In this document: in pieces, positions 30,015 through 39,526 of the stretch
Numbering within the stretch: the stretch's first letter is position 1
Layout: every line of letters starts with the position of its first letter
Assembly (NCBI GenBank): GCA_963775735.1
Contig: CAVZKD010000007.1
Coordinates: 1,242,487 to 1,306,486 of the forward strand
DNA from: an uncultured Actinomycetes bacterium
GTDB lineage: Bacteria; Actinomycetota; UBA4738; HRBIN12
Direction of reading: 5' to 3'
DNA length: 64,000 nucleotides
Position numbers and translations under genes: made by a program
The notes under the pieces: model-generated
The model's input: only the letters and a program-made list of their open reading frames with translations
Told to the model about the DNA's origin: nothing
Databases searched by the model: none

Positions 30015-31271
30015 CTACTCCGCGGACGCTCGCCTCGTGGATCCGTCGCCCTTCACGACCTGGCCGCCCTTCATCACGAACGGCACGTCGGTCAGCAGAT
30101 CCACATCCGCCAGGGGGTCGCCCTCGACCGCGATCAGGTCGGCGAACGCACCGGCCTCGATCGCGCCGACGCGATCACGCCAACCCATCAGCTCCGCGGC
30201 GATCACGGTCGCAGCCTGGATCGCCTGCATGGGCGTCATCCCGAACTTCACCATGTACGCGAACTGCCGCGCGTTCATGCCGTGCGGATACGTCCCGCTG
30301 TCGGTGCCGAACGCGAGCTTCACGCCCGCCTCCACCGCCTTGGCGAAACCCTCGCGCTGGACGTCGGTCGTCTCCTCGAGCTTGCGCATCACCGACGGCG
30401 ACCAGCCCTCCCTCCGGCCCTGTTCGATCGCCCAGTCCCCCATCCAGATGTCCGCGACGAGATACGTCCCGTGCTCGGCCATCAGGGCGATCGCGCGGTC
30501 GTCCATGAGCGAGCCATGCTCGATCGATCGGACGCCGGCCCGAACGGCGCGCACGATCCCCTCCGTTCCGTGGGCGTGCGCCGCGACATGGGTCCCGTAG
30601 AGCTCGGACTCCTCGACCGCGGCACGGATCTCGTCCTCGCTGAACTCCGGTGCGGACGGCGTGGTCCCCTCCGTCAGGACCGCCCCGGTCGCGATGACCT
30701 TGATGAAGTCGGCGCCGCGGTGGAGGATCTCGCGAACGACGGTGCGGACCTCGTCGGCCGAGTTCGCGACGCCGAAGCGCAGCTCGCGCGGGACGACCGC
30801 ATCGATGTCCGGGGCGAGCCCGGTGATGTCCCCGCCACCGCTCGAGCTCGTGACGAAGGCGCCGGCGCACCGCATCCTCGGACCGAGGACGTCGCCGACC
30901 TCGATCGCATCACGGAGCGCCACGTCGACGAACGCTCGGAACGTGCCGACGTCTCGGACGGTGGTGAACCCCGCGAGGACCGTGTCGCGCGCGTTCCGGA
31001 CCCCCGAGAGGGCCTCCTGCGCGCCGGACCGTTGCACCAGACTCGCGTAGCCGTGCCCGCCGTCGATCTCGCCGATGAGATGCGCGTGACAATCGATCAG
31101 GCCCGGCAGCACGGTGTGATCCGACAGATCGATGTCGACCGGAGCTCCGTCGTCGACCTCGACCGCCTCGATCCGATCCTCACGGATGCTGATGACCCGG
31201 TCCTGCAACACCTCGCCGGCCACGACGTCGACGACCAGCCCCGCCCGGATCCGCACGCCGGGCTCCGTCAC
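30015..31271 (-). CDS. metal-dependent amidohydrolase (imidazolonepropionase / Xaa-Pro-dipeptidase-like family)
   Basis: GTG 31271 overlapping the ALDH stop (GTGA). LPGLIDCHAHL (HxH metal site), HAHGTEG, AFGTDSG. Confidence 0.85.
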   Translation of the reverse strand: MTEPGVRIRAGLVVDVVAGEVLQDRVISIREDRIEAVEVDDGAPVDIDLSDHTVLPGLIDCHAHLIGEIDGGHGYASLVQRSGAQEALSGVRNARDTVLAGFTTVRDVGTFRAFVDVALRDAIEVGDVLGPRMRCAGAFVTSSSGGGDITGLAPDIDAVVPRELRFGVANSADEVRTVVREILHRGADFIKVIATGAVLTEGTTPSAPEFSEDEIRAAVEESELYGTHVAAHAHGTEGIVRAVRAGVRSIEHGSLMDDRAIALMAEHGTYLVADIWMGDWAIEQGRREGWSPSVMRKLEETTDVQREGFAKAVEAGVKLAFGTDSGTYPHGMNARQFAYMVKFGMTPMQAIQAATVIAAELMGWRDRVGAIEAGAFADLIAVEGDPLADVDLLTDVPFVMKGGQVVKGDGSTRRASAE

Positions 31272-32828
31272 AGCTCCGGGAGACGGAACGACAGGTCGGC
31301 GGCGACGTCGACGACGTCCATCTGCGCCTTCTGCAGCCGGCCCGAGTAGTCCCAGTTCATCGCCTGCCACCGCGTGAACTGATCGAGCACCCACACACCC
31401 GACTGCCGCGCGCCATTGCCGCTCCGCCCGTTGCCGCCGAACGGCAGGTGCGCCTCGGCACCCGAGGTCGAGTTGTTCACGCTCACCATCCCGGCCGAGA
31501 CGCGCTCGCGGAACCGGAACACGTTCAGCGGATCCGTCGTGTAGATCGACGCGGACAGGCCGTACCCGTGCCCGTTGGCGAGCGCGACCGCCTCGTCGAA
31601 GTCCGCGAACGTCGACACACCGACGATCGGCCCGAAGGTCTCCTGCTTGTACAGGTCGTCGTCCGGGGTCACGCCGTCCACGATCGTCGGATGCACGTAG
31701 AGGCCCGCCTCCGGATCGCCGATGAACCCGGCCCGTGGGTTCGACGACGTGATCCGCCCGATGCCACTCGAACCGCGGAGCGCATGATGCGGCTGCACCC
31801 AGTCGAGCCAGCCGAGGAAGCGTTCGCAGAAGCGGGACGAGATCATCGGCCCGTACAGCACGTCCTCGAACGGGTCGCCGATCGGAGCCGCCTCCACCGC
31901 CGAGGCGAACCGGGAAAGGAACCCCTCGTGGACGCGCTCGTGCACGATCACCGTTCCGAGCGACGTGCACCGCTGGCCCGCCGTTCCGAACCCGCTGAAC
32001 AGCGCACCCTCGACGGCGAGGTCGAGGTCGGCGTCCGGCATCACGACGAGCGGGTTCTTGCCCCCGAGCTCGAGGCACGGCGTCTGCAGATGTCTGCCCG
32101 CAGAGCTCACCGATCCGTCGGCCGACGTCGCTCGATCCCGTGAAACCCACCTTGTCGACGAGCCCGGCGTCGAGCGCCTGCGTAAGGCCCGCGAACGTCG
32201 TCGGCCCGTCCGCGAGCACCATGCTGAACGCGCCCTCCGGCAGGCCGGCGCGCAGGAACAGCTGCGCCAGCGCCTCGGAGGTGGCTGGCGCGTACTCGGC
32301 CGGCTTCCATACGACGGTGTTGCCGCACAGGAGCGCCGGGACGAGGTACCACGAGGGCACGGCGACCGGGAAGTTGCCGGCGGTCACGATCGCGGCCACG
32401 CCGACCGGCACGCGGAACGTGAACAGCTGCTTGTCGGGAAGCTCGGAGGGGACGGTCATGCCGTAGAGCCTGCGTCCCTCCGAGGTGAAGAAGTTGCAGG
32501 TGTCGACGACCTCCTGGACGGATCCTCGCGACTCGGCGATCGGCTTGCCGATCTCGCGGGTCAGGGTGCGTGCAAGCGTTTCGGCGTTCGCCTCGACGAG
32601 CCGCCCGAGCTGCTGGATGACCCGGCCTCGGACGGGCGCCGGGACGTGTGCCCACGCGACCTGCGCGTTCCGCGCCGTCCGGCAGGCCTCCACGAAGGCG
32701 GCGGCATCGCCGAGCGACGCGGTCGCGATGTGCCGGTCGAGGTGCGCGGGGTCCGAGATCTCGAGCGTGCCGCCGGGCGCGTCCGTCGGTCCGGCGCCGA
32801 CGACGAGGGAAGACACCGTCCGGGTCAC
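31268..32828 (-). CDS. NAD(P)-dependent aldehyde dehydrogenase (apparent frameshift ~32090-32110)
   Basis: N-terminal half lies in the frame of track ORF 30015..33182 (VVWKPAEYAPATS...FTGSSDVGRRIGEL). C-terminal half is track ORF 31268..32110 (LELGGKNPLVV...catalytic Cys region QRCTS...EETFGPIV). GTG 32828 with AGGA upstream. Confidence 0.8.
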
Positions 32829-32879
32829 GGCGGCAATCCTACGTCGCCGGTTTGCCCATCGGGGCGCCCCCCTGCCACG

Positions 32880-33317
32880 ATGGCGGCGATGCCTGCCTCG
32901 CGCCGACCGAGGACGTACCTCCTTGCCCGCGTGCCGCTGTTCTCCGGCCTTTCGCGGGCGCAGCTCGGTCGCGTCGCCGCGCTCGCCGAACAGCGGACCT
33001 ATCTCGAGGGGCAGGAGATCGTGAAGGCGGGCGAGCCCGGCAAGGCCTTCTACGCGATCGTGAATGGGCGGGCGAAGGTCATGAAGGGCAACCGGACCGA
33101 GGCCGAACTCGGGCGCGGGGCGTTCTTCGGCGAGCTCGCGCTGCTCGACGGGGAGGCGAGGTCCCGCACGGTCGTCGCCCAATCGATCATCGAGGCGATC
33201 CGGATCGAGCGCCCGGCGTTCCGGCGCTTGCTCCAGAAGGAGCCGAAGCTCGCGATCGCGCTGCTCGAAGGGATGGCGCGACGCACCCGGAAGATCATGG
33301 ACGCGCCCGCCCTGTAG
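32880..33317 (+). CDS. cyclic-nucleotide-binding domain protein (stand-alone cNMP-binding, ~145 aa)
   Basis: VPLFSGLSRAQLGRVAALAEQRTYLEGQEIVKAGEPGKAFYAIVNGRAKV...FFGELALLDGEARSRTVVA matches the cNMP-binding domain consensus (FGELAL...R..TV.A). Confidence 0.75.
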   Translation: MAAMPASRRPRTYLLARVPLFSGLSRAQLGRVAALAEQRTYLEGQEIVKAGEPGKAFYAIVNGRAKVMKGNRTEAELGRGAFFGELALLDGEARSRTVVAQSIIEAIRIERPAFRRLLQKEPKLAIALLEGMARRTRKIMDAPAL

Positions 33318-33413
33318 TTCGCGTCCCCAACACGCTGTAGCCCGATCCTGCCTTCCGGCGCGTCGCGCAACGGGTCTAGTCTGGGCGTCCGTCCGGCCGG
33401 GGAAGGAGCGACG

Positions 33414-34070
33414 GTGAGCCTGAAGGACGTCTTCAAGGACGGCGGGAGGATGGACGATCCCGTCCGCGGGACCGCGCAGGTCGTCTCAGCCACGATGCAC
33501 CACGGGCGCGGGATCTACCAGATGTGCGAGATGCAGCTCGTCGTCCAGGCCGACGGGGTGCCGGCGACCGCCGTCGCGTTCGGAGGACTCGTCCATCGCG
33601 ACCGGTGGCCGTTCCCGGGGGCCGTGCTGCCCGTCACGGTCGACCGAGCCGATCCGCACTCCGTATCGATCGAGTGGGACGAGGTGGCGTCCTCCAAGGA
33701 TCGCTCTCGCGCCAGCGCCGAGAGCCTCGCCGCCATGATGCGCGGCGATACCTCGGCGACGCCGGTCGGCTCGCAGGGCGGCGCCGGCGTGCCGATGGTC
33801 GTGAACGTGTCGGGCGCGGATCTCGGTCAACTCTCGGAGGACCAGAAGGCGAAGCTCCGCATGTTCGGCATCGACCCGGACGCGGTGGCGGCACAGGCGG
33901 CGGCCGAAGCGCCGCCGGGTTCGGATCCGGGGGCCCACATCCCTCCCCCGCCGAAGGAGCAGGCCGACGACCGGCTCGACCTGTTGGAGCGACTCGTCAA
34001 GCTCTGGGAGCAGGGTGCGCTCACCGCCCAGGAGTTCGAGGCGCAGAAACGCCAGGTCCTGGGCGACTGA
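33414..34070 (+). CDS. hypothetical protein with C-terminal SHOCT domain
   Basis: GTG 33414 with ggaaggag RBS. C-terminal LERLVKLWEQGALTAQEFEAQKRQVLG matches the SHOCT (short C-terminal) motif. Confidence 0.6.
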   Translation: MSLKDVFKDGGRMDDPVRGTAQVVSATMHHGRGIYQMCEMQLVVQADGVPATAVAFGGLVHRDRWPFPGAVLPVTVDRADPHSVSIEWDEVASSKDRSRASAESLAAMMRGDTSATPVGSQGGAGVPMVVNVSGADLGQLSEDQKAKLRMFGIDPDAVAAQAAAEAPPGSDPGAHIPPPPKEQADDRLDLLERLVKLWEQGALTAQEFEAQKRQVLGD

Positions 34071-34098
34071 CGCCCGGACGCTCCCGCCCTTCCAACGA

Positions 34099-34392
34099 TC
34101 AGGCAAGCACGTCGAACGCCTGCTCCGCGAGGGCCGGCCATGCCCGAGCGCTCGCGACGGGGACGAGGACCCACGCCTTCATCGCTCGACCCGGCATCGG
34201 TTCGAACGGCCGCACCCCTGCTCGCTTCAACGCCTTCGCATGGTCGTCGGGATCGAGCTTGAACGTCATCGCATCGCCGAACGTTCCGGCGAAGACCTTG
34301 TCGCCCTTCTTCAGTACCGGCATCCCGAACATCTGCGATCGCTTCGCGCCCCGAGCGACGAACGTCTCGGCGAGCGCGTCGAACCGCTTCAT
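34099..34392 (-). CDS. small MmcQ/YjbR- or TfoX-N-like domain protein
   Basis: ATG 34392 (MKRFDALAETFVARGAKRSQMFGMPVLKKGDKVFAGTFGDAMTFKL): resembles the YjbR/MmcQ and TfoX N-terminal domain fold pattern. Confidence 0.45.
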   Translation of the reverse strand: MKRFDALAETFVARGAKRSQMFGMPVLKKGDKVFAGTFGDAMTFKLDPDDHAKALKRAGVRPFEPMPGRAMKAWVLVPVASARAWPALAEQAFDVLA

Positions 34393-34605
34393 GGTGCTCT
34401 CTCCGGGCTTCGGCATCTTCGGCGGGGTCGTCGATGGCGACACGAGCGGATGCTACTGGGGTCGCGAGTGCGCGGACGAGATCCTCGGCTCCTCGCTGGC
34501 CTCGGCCTCGGCGGCCACACCGCCGCCGATCGGCGGCGCGGCCGGATCCGCGTTCGGCACACGAACGTGAGCCGTCGCCCGCATCGCTCGCGTACCATCG
34601 TGCCA

Positions 34606-34680
34606 GCGCCGGTAGCTCAGTCCGGACAGAGCGGCTGCCTTCTAAGCAGCGGGTCGGAGGTTCGAGTCCTCCCCGGCGCA
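34606..34680 (+). tRNA. tRNA-Arg (anticodon TCT)
   Basis: GCGCCGG-TA-GCTC-AGTCCGGAC-AGAGC-G-GCTGC-CTTCTAA-GCAGC-GGGTC-GGAGG-TTCGAGT-CCTCC-CCGGCGC-A. Confidence 0.8.
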
Positions 34681-35594
34681 CGAGCGACGTGTCGTCATCC
34701 TGGGTCGGCGCGTGGACCGGGGATACACTCGGAAGCATGAGCGGGTTCGGCGGCATCGGAGGTGCGGAACACCACGGCGGCGTTCCGATCGCTGGGCAGG
34801 GGTCCTCGGCCGCACATGGCAAGTCGCACGAGTTGCGCGGCGATCTCGCTCGCAGGCGCCGGCCGCCTCGACGTCGTTGGTGGCAGTTCTGGCGTCGTCG
34901 CAACGACCGGTTCCCGGGATCCCAGCCCTAGCGCCGGAGAGGGCGAGATCACACACGGGCAGCCTCCACCTCCGCCACCCCCGAGTGCAGGCTCCATCGG
35001 GCTCGGCGTGTGACGGCGAGCCAGGTGACGCAAGCCTGAACCCCCGTCCCCCTGAGGGACAGCCGCGAGTCCTCAACAGCCCTTGACCATAGGTGGGCTG
35101 ACCGCCTTGATAAGGCCAGTGGTAGATGACGAGACGATGGCTGGTGCGATCTACCAGGTGTGCGGGCCGGAACTGCTACCCCACACCGAGCCGGTGGTTC
35201 CCCATACGACCATGCAGGATCGTTCATGCGCCCCGCGTCATCGTTGAACGGTGTTCGCGCACGATGCCAAGGAACGACGTTCAGACGGCTCAAAGCAACG
35301 GAAGCTGTTCGGCCTCATCCCGTTGTCCTTGCCCGACGACCTCGTTGAGTGCATGACCTGCGGCGCGAGATACCCGCGCGACCAAGGGCCGCCCTCGCGG
35401 GCGTGCGATCGCATCAGCGGCGAGTAACTCCGCACCAGGGTTGGCGGTCGGATTCCCGCAGTATGCCGACGAGCACCGGCCGGAGCGTCCGATCCTCCTT
35501 GTCGACGATGAGGAGCTCGGCGAACGGTGCGGGTCTCGGATCCTGCCGGCGCTGTCGAAGTCGGAAGCAGGAGGACGTGGAGCAACTCGGCACG

Positions 35595-35627
35595 AGGGCT
35601 GGGGCTGGGGCTGGGGCTGGGGCTGGG
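35595..35627. repeat. (GGGCTG)5 hexanucleotide microsatellite
   Basis: cgagggctggggctggggctggggctggggctgggcc, in a non-coding-looking lower-GC stretch downstream of tRNA-Arg. Confidence 0.7.
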
Positions 35628-35687
35628 CCTATGCCTTCAGGCGCTTCCGTAGCAGCGCCTCAGTTCTTCGTTCTCTACGACCGAATG

Positions 35688-36191
35688 CTACGCGGCGCGA
35701 ACGACGCGACTTTCAGGGGTGTCCAGCCCGGAACTCGTGATCGTCCGGACGAACTCGACCTCCCAGGTGAGATCCCCGGTCGTGCACAACTGCGCTTGCT
35801 CGTCGACCGTAAGCGCCGGTACAGCGATGCTCACCGTCCCCTCCCCGCGAAGCGGTCCAAGGCGTCCGTCGAAGTGAGCAGCCATGAACTGGTCCGCCTG
35901 GTCGTACGAGAACGCTCCCTCCGTGATCGGGACGCTCCTGGTGTTTCCGAAGTCCCAGCCGAACCCCCATTCCTGCGTCGTCGCGTCCTCGCAGGTAAGC
36001 GTGACACCGAGGAACATCAGCACAACGGACCGCCCTGCCTCGGTCTTGGCCACGCGGAACGTGATCCGTTGTCCTTGGGATGTTTCACCCTGATAGACGC
36101 GAACTCGGGTAGCGGCGTGTGCCGGGACTGCGGTGGTGAGGATGAGGGTGCCGATGAGGATCCCGATCGCGAGTGCTGAGCGCCTACGCAC
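35688..36191 (-). CDS. secreted hypothetical protein (signal peptide, no recognisable domain)
   Basis: GTG at ~36191 with GGGAGG RBS 7 nt upstream. VRRRSALAIGILIGTLILTTAVPAHA|A is a classic Sec signal with AxA site. ~140-aa mature Thr/Gly-rich protein. Confidence 0.5.
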   Translation of the reverse strand: MRRRSALAIGILIGTLILTTAVPAHAATRVRVYQGETSQGQRITFRVAKTEAGRSVVLMFLGVTLTCEDATTQEWGFGWDFGNTRSVPITEGAFSYDQADQFMAAHFDGRLGPLRGEGTVSIAVPALTVDEQAQLCTTGDLTWEVEFVRTITSSGLDTPESRVVRAA

Positions 36192-36443
36192 GTTCTTCGC
36201 CTCCCTGCACTGGTAGGCACGATGACCGGCCTGCTTTGAGCCTCGACGGAATCTGGACAAGGCGCAAGACCGGCGGTCCAGCCCGCCAGCTCGACGGTCT
36301 CATCGACCAGATCGTCGCCGCGCTGCACGGCGCTTGGGTTCTGCAAGACACTCGTCCAGCTGCTGTTTGGCGGATCGGCGACCCCGTACCCGCCCTGATC
36401 TGCAGACGGTCGCCTGAGCGGCTGGACTATGGGCCAGCCGAAC

Positions 36444-37358
36444 CTACCCGCATTGCGGCGGCGGTACGCACGGTGGCGGACCGCCAGGACCGCCAGGCGG
36501 AGAGGGAGAAGGTTCCGGCGATGGCTCTGGTGAGGGTTCCGGGGTGGGAGATGGCTCGGGTGAGGGTTCCGGGGTCGGGGATGGCTCGGGCGGGGGCGAC
36601 GGCTCGGGTGGAGGATCCGGGGGGGATGGCTCGGGCGGGGGCGACGGCTCGGGTGAAGGATCCGGGGATGGATCGGGCGTGGGCGAGGGTGAGGGCTCCG
36701 GAGTTGGCGCAGGACTGGGTGTGGGTGATGGGGCTGGAGAGGGCGAAGGCGATGGTGCCGGTGAGGTGCCTGGTGGGGGCGGCGGATCGGTCCCCGGCGG
36801 GGGAACGCTGCCGGGCGGCAGATCCCCTCCCACGAAGGCGAGGTCACCACTCAGGGGGAACAGCAGGATCGGCGTGGGGTCGCTCCCGCCCTTCCCGCTC
36901 GCCCGCGTTGGCCCGCCCTGGGCGCCTCCTACGGCGTCCGGGTCGATCCCGACGTAGGGCACACCGCTCTCGGTGACGTCCACCGTGAACGCTCCTCCGA
37001 GGAGCGAGGGGGTCCTGCTGCCCTGCGTCGCCGTGAAGACTCCGATCAGCGCCGCGAGGAACCCCCCGACGAATACCAGGCCGACGATCGCTCCCGCGGT
37101 CCGCCCCAGCCTCTGGCGGCTCGGGTGCAACGCTCGCTTCCAGACGAGGGGGGCCGCGGCCCGCACGTCGCGGATCCAGATCCGCGTGTCTAGGGCTCGA
37201 TGGCGCACGTACCGAAGCCTGGGCCGAACGTGTGGGACCCGGATCCTTGGGGGGGCCATCCGGTGGCCCAGGTAGCGCAGCCGATGCCGAAGGTGAGCCG
37301 TCCGTTGCCCGGCGCGCGTGCCGAGTCTCGCCAAGGGATTGGATCGGAAGGCGTCCAT
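36444..37358 (-). CDS. membrane-anchored protein with long Pro/Ser/Glu-rich tandem-repeat tail (uncertain)
   Basis: Arg-rich N-terminus, TM GAIVGLVFVGGFLAALIGVFTA, then ~100 aa of (PSPEPS/PSPAPS)n. Overlapping ORFs on the other strand and frame (36017..36850 -, 36173..36976 +) are produced by the same repeat, so strand/frame assignment is tentative. Confidence 0.4.
   Translation of the reverse strand: MDAFRSNPLARLGTRAGQRTAHLRHRLRYLGHRMAPPRIRVPHVRPRLRYVRHRALDTRIWIRDVRAAAPLVWKRALHPSRQRLGRTAGAIVGLVFVGGFLAALIGVFTATQGSRTPSLLGGAFTVDVTESGVPYVGIDPDAVGGAQGGPTRASGKGGSDPTPILLFPLSGDLAFVGGDLPPGSVPPPGTDPPPPPGTSPAPSPSPSPAPSPTPSPAPTPEPSPSPTPDPSPDPSPEPSPPPEPSPPDPPPEPSPPPEPSPTPEPSPEPSPTPEPSPEPSPEPSPSPPGGPGGPPPCVPPPQCG
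36490..36760. repeat. imperfect tandem repeat (~18-36 nt units, gggtgagggttccggggtcggggatggctcgggc...)
   Basis: Repeated ggctcgggtgrrggwtccgggg units visible on the + strand, encoding the PSPEPS tail on the - strand. Confidence 0.6.
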
Positions 37359-37689
37359 CCCGCCACCTACCTTCGGGCTGCTTCGGCGCTATCGGGAGCA
37401 GGGACTCTAAGCGTTCGGCCGTCCCCTCGTCACCATCCCGCGTTCGCCGGCGCCCCCGCGCTCGAGGTGCGTTCGGGGGCTTGAGAGTCGCGGTCTTCAG
37501 CTGCGTGGACCCGTGGCTCAGCGGTGATGTCGGGTCCCGCTGTGGCCAGCCTCGTAGAGCCTCTCAACGAGCAGCGGCGGCAGCGCCCGGTCCTCCTGCA
37601 TCCGATCAGGAGATCGACGAAGAGCCGTGTCGCGTTGTTGCCGTAGGCAGCGCCGTCTTCCGGGTCGGCACGACCTTGGCGGTTGCTCG

Positions 37690-39354
37690 CTACGTCGGCT
37701 GACGACCACCCCCGCCGGTTCGCGTCGGTTGATCGTCGGCCACTCCCCTCCCGGTCGGTTGACGGTTCCCATCACCGTGCTCGGGTGTCGTGGCGTTCAC
37801 GACCCCGAGAGGATGCGGCTGGGCGTAACGGTAGTCAGATGCGAGCGACTGCCCGGCCACCCTGCCGTTGAACATGTTGAGGACGCATCCGATGACGCGA
37901 GCACCGACCTGATCGAGTTGCTGCCGAGCGTAGGCGGCCTCGCTCCTGGTCGTCCTCTTGGCGCGCGCAACGAGCACGACGCCACCGACGACCGTGGAGA
38001 TCGAGAGTGCGTCGGAGGACTCCGCGACGGGTGGGCTGTCGACGATGACGAAGCCCGATCGCTCGCGCAGCTCGCCCATGACCCGCTTCATGGCTTCGGA
38101 CCCCAAGAGATCGGCAAACCCTGGTGACGGGGTCCCGCTCCCCAGGAAGGAGAGGTTGTCGCTCCAGGCCACCAGCGCATCGTCCAAGCTCGCCCGACCG
38201 TCCATCACCTCGACCAAGCCGGGAGCGTCCGAGACGCCGAAGTACCGGTGCAATCCGGGGTTGCGCAGGTCCGCAGAGACCGCGGCGACCGGCTGGCCCG
38301 CCTGAGCAAGCGCGAAGGCCAGGTTCGCGACTGTCACCGTCTTGCCTTCCCGTTTGGAGGGACTCGTGATCAGGATCGTCGTATCCGACTCCTGACCTGC
38401 TCGGAACATCAGGCTCGTTCGAAGCGTGCGGAAGGCCTCGGCCGCGCGCCCCTCGGGCAGTTCTGAGCCGACGAAGCGCTCCCGGCCGCGCCGTCCCAGC
38501 AACACGTGCGACTTCGGAACCACGGTGAGGACGGGCGCCCCCGAGACCGGCGCGAGATCGGCCGGGCTCCTGACGCGATCGTCGACCCGCTCGCGAACCG
38601 ACGCCACGCCAAGTCCCAGGATGAGCCCGATGAGGAGTCCGAATGCACCGTTGAGCAACACGTCGGGACTCGACGGGGAATCGGGGACGCTGGACTGTCG
38701 GATGATGTCCCCGGGATCGATGAGGATCGTGTTGAGCGGAGCGAGCTGACTTCGGAGGTTCGCGATGACGCTCGTGAGCTCCTGGAGTTGCGCCTGCTGT
38801 GCGACGGTCGGCTGGATCGAATCGCCGATGTCCGCCTCGAGCGCCGCCAACTCATCCACGGAAGTCGCGAGCTCGTCGAGCAGCGGCTGCCGGAGGCCCT
38901 CGATGTCCTGCGTCCGCTCCTCGGCCTTGTAGTCGATGTACGCGGTCGCCGCGACCCGAGCCCCCTCCTGGGCTCGTTGCGGGCTCTCGTCCGAGTAGCC
39001 GAACTCGAGGACCTGTGTGTCCACGATGGCGTTCACGTCGAGGTGATCGAGGAACCTCTGGACCGGAACCGGGGGAGACATCATGGCCCCCGCACGGGAT
39101 CCGACCACGGTCGACGTGGCGATGCGCTTCTCGGTCTCGAGCGTGACGGTCGGCGCGGTGAACACGTTCGAGGCGCTGTTGATCGGCTTGACGAGCACCT
39201 CTGCGCTGGAGCGGTAGACGGGCGTCTGCTGGAGCGACCACACCATCGTGGCGAGGAAGACCGCTCCCGCGATCCCCACGATCGCCCACTTCCGGTTCCG
39301 AAGGACTGCGACGTAGTCGCGAATGGGGACGAGAGATGCGTCTTCAGCACTCAT
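37690..39354 (-). CDS. polysaccharide co-polymerase / tyrosine autokinase (Wzc-like: Wzz domain + BY-kinase)
   Basis: ATG 39354 ([40 protein letters not shown]). Periplasmic coiled-coil region and second TM. Walker [10 protein letters not shown], Walker B VIVDSPP. BY-kinase layout. Confidence 0.85.
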   Translation of the reverse strand: MSAEDASLVPIRDYVAVLRNRKWAIVGIAGAVFLATMVWSLQQTPVYRSSAEVLVKPINSASNVFTAPTVTLETEKRIATSTVVGSRAGAMMSPPVPVQRFLDHLDVNAIVDTQVLEFGYSDESPQRAQEGARVAATAYIDYKAEERTQDIEGLRQPLLDELATSVDELAALEADIGDSIQPTVAQQAQLQELTSVIANLRSQLAPLNTILIDPGDIIRQSSVPDSPSSPDVLLNGAFGLLIGLILGLGVASVRERVDDRVRSPADLAPVSGAPVLTVVPKSHVLLGRRGRERFVGSELPEGRAAEAFRTLRTSLMFRAGQESDTTILITSPSKREGKTVTVANLAFALAQAGQPVAAVSADLRNPGLHRYFGVSDAPGLVEVMDGRASLDDALVAWSDNLSFLGSGTPSPGFADLLGSEAMKRVMGELRERSGFVIVDSPPVAESSDALSISTVVGGVVLVARAKRTTRSEAAYARQQLDQVGARVIGCVLNMFNGRVAGQSLASDYRYAQPHPLGVVNATTPEHGDGNRQPTGRGVADDQPTRTGGGGRQPT

Positions 39355-39526
39355 GAGGGGTGGCTCCGATTCTAGCCGAGGCGGTATGTACGCGACCCGC
39401 TCGGTCGTCGTGGTCCGGCGAGCCTCTCGACCAACGCAGCCGAGGTTCAAGCACCGTCCGTTGGCCCAAGCCCTACCCCTTCGGTACGCTGGTGGAAACC
39501 CGGACGTCATCGAAGGTGTGTATCTC

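Noticed and set aside
30015-33182. 1055-aa minus-strand ORF
   Set aside because: Fusion artefact: amidohydrolase (C-terminal 418 aa) plus the N-half of the ALDH gene in the same frame, plus an upstream non-coding extension.
35441-35740. 99-aa ORF with PILLVDDEELGER resembling a response-regulator receiver N-terminus
   Set aside because: Too short, no downstream continuation of a receiver domain, and it contains the GGGCTG microsatellite translation (GWGWGWGWGW). At best a gene remnant.
36017-36976. ORFs 36017..36850 (-) and 36173..36976 (+) overlapping the repeat region
   Set aside because: Generated by the same tandem repeat in other frames and strand (His/Pro/Arg-rich or Gly/Asp/Ser-rich translations). 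The 36444..37358 minus-strand reading gives the only coherent protein architecture, though even that is tentative.
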